30,630 nucleotides of DNA from Lama guanicoe (Eukaryota), in assembly GCA_013239625.1 (NCBI GenBank), contig MU053661.1, forward strand, positions 124,001 to 154,630, written 5' to 3'. A program made the position numbers and the translations under genes. This document shows, in pieces, positions 22,231-30,630 of this stretch; positions within the stretch are counted from its first letter, which is position 1; the number at the start of each line of letters is the position of its first letter. The notes beneath the pieces were generated by a model. It was not told the origin of the DNA. It was given only the letters and a program-made list of their open reading frames with translations, and searched no databases.

Positions 22231-22829
22231 TCTGGGAGGTCCTGCGGTTGGGGGCGGCTTATATTGTTCTCACCCTGCAATGTGAAGAGTCATCTTGTGC
22301 TGTGGCCGTTCTACTCCTGTGAGTGGTGAGACTCAGAGACTTTGCAGAGTCATGTTTCTTTTTCCCCCTTGCTGAGTGTAGGCAAAAATGGTTTAAGCCT
22401 GAGAAAGTGCTCCATCTGCAGAAATGTCTTTCAGTTTTGCCTGGTGTAAAATTCTTGAGAGCTTTTTAATCGTTTAGGACAGTCTGTTGGGGAAACAGCC
22501 CGTGAAGCCTGGGTGAGACCTGGAAGAGCCGCGCTTCCCTCCCAGACACGGGTGGGGATTTCACCCCCGTTCAGGCAGTGAAGGGCTCAGAAACGTGAGC
22601 GGAGGTGACAGTCGTGAATATTTACGTGTATTCGCTGCTTCATCTTGGATATTAATTTCTGGCTGAGTCATTTTGTGGCGGCAGCCTCATCCTACGTCAG
22701 GAATTTATAGTATCTGCTCTTTGAGGTGAAGACCTGACAGACTTGATTATTTAACAGTCTGCCTTGAATTGATATCTCAGATTCTTTTGTCATTAGTAAA
22801 GCAGCAAAAATACAGACGTCCTTTAATGC

Positions 22830-22960
22830 TGATGTGACCTGGAGCAGGTTTAGTTTCTGTGTCTCAGTGGCCTTATCTGCGGGTGGGGAAGATGATAACA
22901 GTGCTTCCCTCAGAGGGTCTGGTGAGGGGAGAGTGAGAAGCACAAATGGAAGACTTTCAC
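22830..22960 (+). mobile_element. MIR SINE
   Basis: 'tgtgacctggagcagg...tctgtgtctcagtggccttatctgc...gatgataacagtgcttccctcagaggg...gtgagg'. Confidence 0.6.
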
Positions 22961-23304
22961 GAGATGCTCATGAATGACCGAATTTAGTGCTCTCAGCCTG
23001 GTGAGGCCTCAGGGGCAGAGATGACAGAACAGAGCAGTCCTAGCCGGAGCTCGATCCTCGTTGGTAGCTTTTATGATCAGTATAACCACTGTGGGTTATC
23101 AGGTAGTTTTAAGACTTGGTAATATGAATTCATGAATAATGTTATAAGACTAGAAAACTCACATCCGGTTTACATAGTTCTCAAGATTTCCTGTGATGAA
23201 TGAATATTTTTTCCCCATCTTAAATCTGGGTGGAGTCTCTAAAAAAATTCTGTAGTCCTCCATCTTTTTGCTTTAATTCTCCATTTTTTTAAAAACAAAG
23301 CTTA

Positions 23305-23385
23305 TAAATGGAGTTAATGGGGACTGAACTGAGGGCCTCATGCATGCTGAGACCATACTCTCTCAACTGAGGTATACTCTCCCCG
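23305..23385 (-). mobile_element. Diverged Vic-1-type SINE
   Basis: 'atggagttaatggggactgaactgagggcctcatgcatgctgagaccatactctctcaactgaggtatactctccc' is homologous to 13220-13293. Confidence 0.75.
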
Positions 23386-23629
23386 TAATTTTTTTTAAAC
23401 TTTACTTTCTTAGTATTCAGAGTTTAGAGGCCTCTAATTCTTTTTCTGGAGACTTGGCCATGAACCTGTAAATCAATAATTAGTGGACAAAATTTGGCTT
23501 ATTAAAAAAATCAATAGAACTTTCTTCAATTCATTCAAAGGGAAATGCTCATTGAGTTAAAATGTTTCTCCTTTATTGTGATTTCTAATTTTTAGTCTAG
23601 CTTAACTTATTAAAAGTAATCCTCATCAT

Positions 23630-23830
23630 CATAATAACCAAGCTTGCTGTGAGTGGACACCTACCAAAGGCTAAAATGTTTCTCTCCAAAGCAGGTGTTT
23701 GACGGTAGGTATCAGTGTCTCCTATTTTGCAGCTGAGGGATTGAGAGGTGGGCAGCTTGTCCCAAATCACAGGCAGCTGGCGGTGGCTAGCTCCGTGCGG
23801 GAACCCAGGCTGCACAGGATGCATTCTCAA
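23630..23830 (-). mobile_element. MIR SINE
   Basis: 'cctattttgcagctgagggattgagagg...cttgtcccaaatcacaggcagctgg...gaacccaggct'. Confidence 0.55.
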
Positions 23831-25814
23831 ATGCTCCTCTGATCAGCCCCCCGTTGAGTGGTTTCCCGAACACCTGTGAGTCCATAAATGACCTATTTTG
23901 GCGATCTCAGCCTGATGAGGCCTTCAAAGGAGAGACACCAGTGAGAATGTGAGACAGAGTGGCATAAATTAAAATTGTACATTTTCACTAATGTTGCATT
24001 CTCAGGTAATGGCATAAATAGATTATGTTTTCTTTATTTTAGTGCTCTGTAAGCACTAAAAACAAAACATTAAAAAAGATTATAGTGCAAAATAGGAGTG
24101 GGCTTTGAAAGTCCAACCATTGCTAATGATGTTGCTTGTTTTTCTCTAGTTGTGCTTATTGACAGAATAATTTACAATGACTGAATTTGTTTTATGTAGT
24201 CTTATTATGGAGGAAAAGTTTGTCAGTGAATATTGAAAGTAAAATCTTCACTCTTTTCTTTCCTGATGATAAATATGTAAGTTGTTTTCATGGCTTAAGT
24301 ATATTTCCTCATTTATGAAATTTGAGTGATGCCGTTTACCGTGTCTGACTGTGAGAGGTAGATGCCTTGTATACAAAGCATCCAAGAGCTGTTTAGTAAA
24401 AATGTGCTGTCAAAATGACAGATAGTTTAGAAGGATCAACTGTGAATACAGTTGGTATTAGAGGTATTGGCAATAGAGGGTGGCTTGTTTCTGATGCATA
24501 TTCAATATGGATATATATGAATATGGCTTAAAGTAACAAGGATTCAGGTTTTGTTTGTGTGTGTGCGTGCAGTATGAAGTTTGAATGAAATCTATGTCAT
24601 TCTATTGAGACAGGGACTAGTTAAATTGACTTAAGCAGACGACGTTGAAGACTATTTACACAGAATGTGTATTGTTACAACTCAGTATTCATGTTGCCTT
24701 GTAACTATCCACTCAGACATTTAAATTCGTAGGAATCTGAACAGAAGCATTAAGTTTAGAAAAATCCACACTGATCATTTTCAGGGAATAAGCTCTCTTT
24801 TGTGATTAAAGAAAATTTTGATTTATTTTTCTGCACTCAATAGGTTTTAAAATATCAAAACATTGATTTGACATGACAGCTTTTTTAATAGAAAAAAGCT
24901 CATGCTGTTTTAATATGTAAATAAATGTTTTTGTATTTCAATACACTTGTATGATTTCCTGGCTCTTTGAGAAGTATTTTGCAAGATACTTAGATTACCT
25001 CCTGTTGGAAAAATACAGACGTGACTTCTATTAATATAGGCCTAGTACAGGTCTGTTGGTTTTTGCTACAGTGCAAGACATGAGGCCTAGGAGAGATTTG
25101 CTGCCGATTGCCAGGAGGACAGATCCCAGATCTCAGTCTCCCCTCCTGTAAAATGAAGTGGCTGGACTGGATTCTTTCCTCTTCAAAGATGAGTTTCCAT
25201 GAGTCTGTGTCTTTTGTATATATTCAGGAGTATTAGCAATATCAGATTAAATACTGAATACCCTTCCCTTTCCCGAAGCGAAATGCAGTATAAGTATGTA
25301 TATAAGTATGTAGTATGTATACTACATAAGCTTTTAGTTATCTGATTCTTGTATCTGATCCACAGGCAATTTTTGTGTTGCTTCTTTCCCGGCAACCTGG
25401 AAGGTCTTTTTAGCCATAGTTGGCGCTGTTGCACCTTCTTACAGCCTTAATAGTCCTGTTTGTAAAAGAAGGCTTAAACAACGTTATTTTGTTTTGATTC
25501 CTTTGCTTAGTGCTTCAGGATAGCACAATGTCCATTATGTCTGTCTACCTGGAAATATTATTCTGCTTATAGTTTAGTTTTATTCTATCATCTCGCTGTG
25601 AACATTTCAGACTTCCTGTGCAAACAATGGCAACATCGGACTTTTCTTCCAGTGTTAGAAACCATTGAGCCGGAATTTTATAAAACAGCTAGAAGCGGCC
25701 TCTGGAACACCTTAAAGCTGAAAAGTGTACTGAGTTCCCTAAGTATTGACCCCACCACTGTGTGTCAATTGGTGGTAGGAGATTTGGTACATATACGAAG
25801 GGGTGTAGTGTTTT

Positions 25815-25965
25815 GACTTGGGTTTGCGTGTACGCGCTGCCACTGAGCCACGTGATCCTGAGTCAGTTCTTTCTGAGTTTTTCCCTCGTCTATGAGATGG
25901 GGACACTCATTTCTGCTTTGTAGAATTGTGAGAATTAGAAATTATGTAAAGTGTTTAGCACAGTG
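25815..25965 (+). mobile_element. MIR SINE
   Basis: 'gacttgggtttg...gctgccactgagccacgtgatcctgagtcagtt...ttccctcgtctatgagatgggg...tgtaaagtgtttagcacagtg'. Confidence 0.65.
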
Positions 25966-26849
25966 GGTATGTCAAGAGGGCTCATAAACTTAACTGCTGT
26001 TTGGTGTGAAGCCATCATTTGATAGTCTTTGGCAATTACTGATAAACAGGAAAATAAGAAAAGCTAGTTTTATGATGAAAGATATTTGAGGAGCTTCCAT
26101 AGTTCCTATACCCATAATTTAGCATCAGCAGAGTCAGGACCGTTACACAGTCGCCCTGAACCAATGTTAAGCCATAGAATTTTTTGTTACTTCATATATG
26201 TTGGGGCTTAAGGGGACCCAATACTTATACACATGTTGTCTCCAGGAGCCAACTGAGAGATAACAAAGAAGAACAGGGAGGCGATAAATGTCTCCTTTAT
26301 TACTGATGAAGCCACGTTCTCCATGAAATTCAGGGCTGCGGGAGAGTGGGTGTCATGACACTATGTCCCAGAATTAGAGACTCACGCAGTCCCAGGTAAC
26401 TCTTTGTCACAGTGAGCCTTCCCTTGAGAGGATCTGATCCATAATGCACAGGACTGTCTTGCCATGGAGCTGAGCATCATGGGTGCTTCCTAAGGGTGGC
26501 CAACACTGGAGGGAAAGGAAAGGTTTCATATGCCCTGCTTGTCTCCCCGGACTCACACCTCAATCTGTTAGTGTGAGGAGGGCTAGCAGTGGGCCAGGGA
26601 TCAGTGGTGTGAAGGGAGAAGCAGTCTCCCCTGTACTAGAGTGGGGAGGAAGCATCCCCTCCCTCAGTTTAAACAGGTGGTGGCTTGGAACAGAAGAGTA
26701 CTCCCCAAGAGTTTATAAGAGGGGAAATAAGGATTTCCTTTGGGACTCAGACTAGCCATGAAACACAGAAGATGATTAGTTGGGAGACTTATAAATAACT
26801 TTCTTATTAAATTGACATTTGTTGGGCACCAAAAATGTGCTACATTCTT

Positions 26850-27040
26850 TTCTGAGAGTTTTACAGAAATGAATCCTTCAATCTTCACAACAAGTGAGTA
26901 AGAAAGATTTGATTGTTATCCCAGGTTTACAGTGTGGAAATTGAGGCACACATAGGGTAAGTAAGTTGGCCAAGGTCACAGAGCTAATAAGTGGCAGAGC
27001 TGGGATTTAAACCCTGGCTGTCTGGTTTCCAGGCTCCCAG
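26850..27040 (-). mobile_element. MIR SINE
   Basis: 'aatcttcacaacaa...tttacagtgtggaaattgaggcaca...aagtaagttggccaaggtcacagagctaataagtggcagagctgggatttaaaccc'. Confidence 0.8.
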
Positions 27041-28430
27041 GGATGGGCTTTGGGTGTTTAGAGGTATCTGCATCCCTGGATTGCTGTACCACTGTGCATC
27101 AGTTAGCCCAGAAAGGACAGGGAAAGGAGAGTTATACAGGTGCTCACAGTTTTGTCTCAGCCACTGTCCACGGAGAGTGCACCGTGATTGGCGTTAATTG
27201 TCTTCTGGGCAGCAGATCTGTTCTTATAACAGAAATTTAGTCCATTGAGTTAATCTAGAAACCTTTCCTGCTCCGCTTCTGTCCACGCTTGCCATGTGAC
27301 TGACTACCTGAGGTTGGGCCGTTGAGGAGAAACTACTCATGGTTGAACTCTGATATTTCAGTCTGGTTTGTAGTTTCACATCTCCTGTTACATTAATAAA
27401 TTAAATTTCTGGTTTTCTTGCATCAGTGTGTCATAATTTTGGTTAATGTGAAACCAGTCCATGGGAGCCCAGGGGTGCTGACGGTATAATTTCTGAGCGC
27501 GTTGTGGCATTTCTACCCGTGCAGACCTGGCTGGAGGATGTCCACCTTCCTCACTGATTTCCCCCAACAGCAGGATCCTCTCCCACCCCCCGAATGTGAG
27601 GATGGGAGCTCCCTGAGTAGGCAAGCCAGAGGCCGAGTCCACCAATTAGAAAATGATGAAGTACCTGGAAGTGGGTTTAATAGAAGAAAAGGGCTTCCTG
27701 GTAATCTGATGGGCTGTTCGAGTCCGTTTGGTGAAAAGTTGTCCAGTGTCTGTGGTTTAGCTGCTTCTTTGCTGTTTAAAAGTCTGTATTACATGAAGGG
27801 ATTTTAAAAAGCAGAAAGGTGTGATTTCAGGTGGTACATCCGCACCGGTGAGAAGTGATGGATGACCGCCTGTGTGAGGCATAGACAGAGTCTTACAAAC
27901 TTCATAAAACAGCCTTAAAAGCTCTGCCATCTGAGTGCACTTCATATGGGGTCCAGTTCATCACTGGTCGCATTGTGAGGGCAAGTAGCTGATGATGGCA
28001 GAAACGACACGGGGGCATCAAAAAGGTCTCAGTCATGTTCCGTGTTTAGAGGATGCGGCACACTAATATATTTGAGCTGGTTTTTCACTGAAAAGTTTTT
28101 AGTGTTTTCTGGGACTCCCCAGTGCCCCAAGGTTCCATGCAGCTGGGTGTCCCCTCAGTGCAGCTCTGTCAGCGCTTGCTCTGGGCTGAAGTGGTGTCAC
28201 TGGGAGCAGGACGGTCAGCGTCCCCGGCTCCTCCGAGCTCCGTCTCATCCGCAGAGCCAGGTTTCTCATCCGTGTCTACTTAGTAGGGTTGCTGAGAATC
28301 ACACGTGATGGTGGTCAGGTGTGATTTGTGGTTGTCTCTGTGATTGGCGTATAGTCAATATTTGATAGAAACACTTGTTTTTTATTATAATTGTGGCTCC
28401 TAGATTGCAGTGGTTTTTAGCCTGCATTTA

Positions 28431-28563
28431 TTTTTTTATAAATTTATTCTTATTTTTAAATAAGCACTTGTATTTATTTATTTTCATGAAGGTACTGGGG
28501 ATTGAAGCCAGGAACATGTACATGCTCGACAGGTGCTCTACAACAGAGTAAAACCCACCCTCC
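28431..28563 (-). mobile_element. Vic-1-type SINE with target-site duplication
   Basis: 'aggtactggggattgaagccagga...tacatgctcgacaggtgctctacaacagagt...ccctcc'; flanks GCCTGCATTTA (28420-28430) and GTCTGCACTTA (28566-28576). Confidence 0.8.
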
Positions 28564-29414
28564 TTGTCTGCACTTAAAAATAAATATTTCAATACACAAA
28601 ATAGTTCTTAAACACCATCATGGGACCCATTTTCTGCATAGACAATTGAATACATATTCTATTTCAATAAGAATAAATGTCGTAGGGACATACCTTTCTG
28701 AATCTGTTTACGTGTTGAAAAACGGTCATAGCTAGTGAAAAATACAAGTCTTGGATCCACTACTTCTTAGGGTCTGCTTTGCCATCATGGGAAATTACAT
28801 TCTACTGAGAAGGCTAATTGGGTCTCATTGATATTTGGATGATTTAGCAATGTTCAAGGCTTTCAAAAGCTGACAGTTTTGTATTTTAAACTAACTACAA
28901 AGTTATCTTCTAGAAGTTGGAAGTCCTCAGCTTGTGAAGTGCCCAGTAATTCAGTGTGTATATGTCTGTGAACTTGTGTGCGTGTGATTTCAGGATTGTA
29001 GAAATAAGTTCCATATAGCCTTCTGATACCTTTCTCCTCCATTTCAAGGTGTAGGTATATATTTAGACAAGTAAATTGATACTCTTTTGTCATTTGGCAT
29101 ATTGGTGGAAATAAGAGGTTCTCATACTTGTTTCAGAAAGGTTGGGGAGCATGAGCTTAGAAAATGGGAGGAGATAGAGGCAGGGAGGTTCTTTACACTT
29201 TGTGCAGGATGAGAAACAGTACCTTTTCTCTTTTCTTCTAAAGCAAACTGGCACTGAATTGTAACATACTAATACTCAGAATTGCTTTTCTGATCAGAGA
29301 CAAGTGCCTCAGATTTTTCAAGGCAACATGAATGATGAAATGTGTTTTAGCAGTTATCTTTAAAAGTAGTTTTATTTTTCAAGTATAAGTCTATAGACTG
29401 TTCTTTTTTTCCAG

Positions 29415-29441
29415 CTGTACAAGAATTTCTCATTGATCCAG
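29415..29441 (+). pseudogene. TRAPPC9-like 27-nt microexon with intact splice sites
   Basis: ttctttttttccAG|CTGTACAAGAATTTCTCATTGATCCAG|GTACGT. Phase 1-1 reading (A)VQEFLIDP(G) versus TRAPPC9 (G)AQEVLIDP(G), the alternatively spliced 9-aa segment. Confidence 0.8.
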
Positions 29442-30630
29442 GTACGTGATCAATGTGTTTAGTTTCTTTGGGTTATTTATTTTTTTTAAGTGCTTGATTC
29501 ATTCTGGTGTGAATGAATGTTTAAAATTTCTGGATTTTGATCTTTAAAACTTGCTGATTTATCAGAACTGCAAAAAACCTGATGTTTGTTCCTTGCTCGT
29601 TTGGTCAACCTATTGATTTATGTTGTCTGTTAAAGAGGGAAATTCTTCCTCTAGCCTGCAGATAAGTGAATGGTTTGAAGTGTGCCTTAAAAATTATTTG
29701 AATGCATTGAGCATGTTTGTCCAGTCAATTTTGAATTGACTCATAATAATGACTTTGCTTTGATTCTGTGGCTTTTGTCCTCTCCACAAGAATTTGAATT
29801 CTCTGTTGCATTTTGTATTCGTGTTCTTAACAGGGGAAGGAATTTTGCATTTTTTACAGAGGTGGGTTTTCCTATCCCCTCTGAATTCCTTCTGTAATTG
29901 ATACAGCGAAAATCTGTTATTGCAGTGCTTAATTATTTCATAAACAATCTTTTGCCTTAATCAGAAACAATGACAAAGAATGATAAAAAAATATGAAAAT
30001 CTTCCTTCCTTTGAAGAACAGAAATGAGATTGTCAGGCTCTCGCATGCTTTGTACCTGACACACTTACTTTCATGTCATTGTGTATCATGATTCGGAGAT
30101 GGAGTCGCTTCAGGTTTGTAGATTTTTGTTTTAACATTTGTGTTGAATTCATTCTCTAGGCATGATGATTCCTGTTGCCTTTGTGGAAAGTGTAGATGAA
30201 GGGAAACAAATGCTTTGTTTTGTTTTCAGGAGGCCTGAGATGCTGATGGGAAAAGAGTAGAGGGTGGGCTGAGGAGAATAGTGACACTCCCTCTCCTCCC
30301 GGCTGAAATTGATGAACAATGAAATCAATTATGTGCATTGGTATTTGACCAATAGAAGTCAGAGGGCCCAGCCAGTCTAGTTATGCCCAAAGGAAAGTAC
30401 TGAATTCACCTGCAGAATAATGTGCTTTACAAAGTAGAAGCAGCTTAGAGCAATCAGAAAAATCAGTATTAAGATGAGATATAAAAAGAATATAATATCT
30501 TTTTTTTCTGAAACTTTTCTACATTAAGTTGTGTAGAGCTAAAATTAAGTTTCAAGCACCAGGAGTTAAGAGTTTAGGTGGTTCTGTGGGATCGTTATTC
30601 AGGGATGTGTCTAGACCCTGCTGGAGTGGC

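Larger units (their letters stand above)
13723..29441 (+). pseudogene. Unprocessed partial duplicate of TRAPPC9 (NIBP/Trs120): three exon homologs in collinear order
   Basis: Exon homologs at 13723-14295, 21226-21346 and 29415-29441, in TRAPPC9 order and orientation, each bounded by splice-site-like sequence and separated by kb-scale repeat-containing introns. May continue past the window. Confidence 0.9.

Noticed and set aside
25307..25328. 10-bp perfect inverted repeat TATGTAGTAT-GT-ATACTACATA
   Set aside because: Short and embedded in TA-rich low-complexity sequence; no evidence of function.
25381..25420. Possible remnant of the missing TRAPPC9 exon (CCTGGAAGG, 'LEG')
   Set aside because: Only a short match, no AG acceptor, and similarity does not continue. 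Not distinguishable from chance.
1..30630. CRISPR arrays, rRNA or prokaryote-type systems
   Set aside because: No regularly spaced repeats or operon-like ORFs; the repeat content is mammalian.

Overview
Mammalian genomic DNA, most likely camelid: it has three tRNA-derived Vic-1-type SINEs and no recognisable Alu, Bov-tA or PRE-1. I can support no intact protein-coding gene. The main content is a decayed, intron-containing (unprocessed) partial duplicate of TRAPPC9/NIBP on the + strand. It comprises the first coding exon (13723-14295; start codon ATG>ATT, two stops, two frameshifts, splice-site context kept), the next exon (21226-21346; 3' part in frame, donor intact) and the 27-nt AQEVLIDPG-type microexon (29415-29441; both splice sites intact). 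The exon expected between the last two is not recognisable. About 4.2 kb upstream is a CpG-island promoter (8900-9560) with NRF1- and ETS-like motifs showing CpG decay, possibly the co-duplicated promoter and non-coding first exon. The first 8.3 kb is repeat-dense (L1, L2, MIR, MLT1) and includes a head-to-head pair of ERV1/MER41-like solo LTRs. All TRAPPC9 and repeat assignments come from recalled sequences, not from a database search, and most repeat boundaries are approximate.
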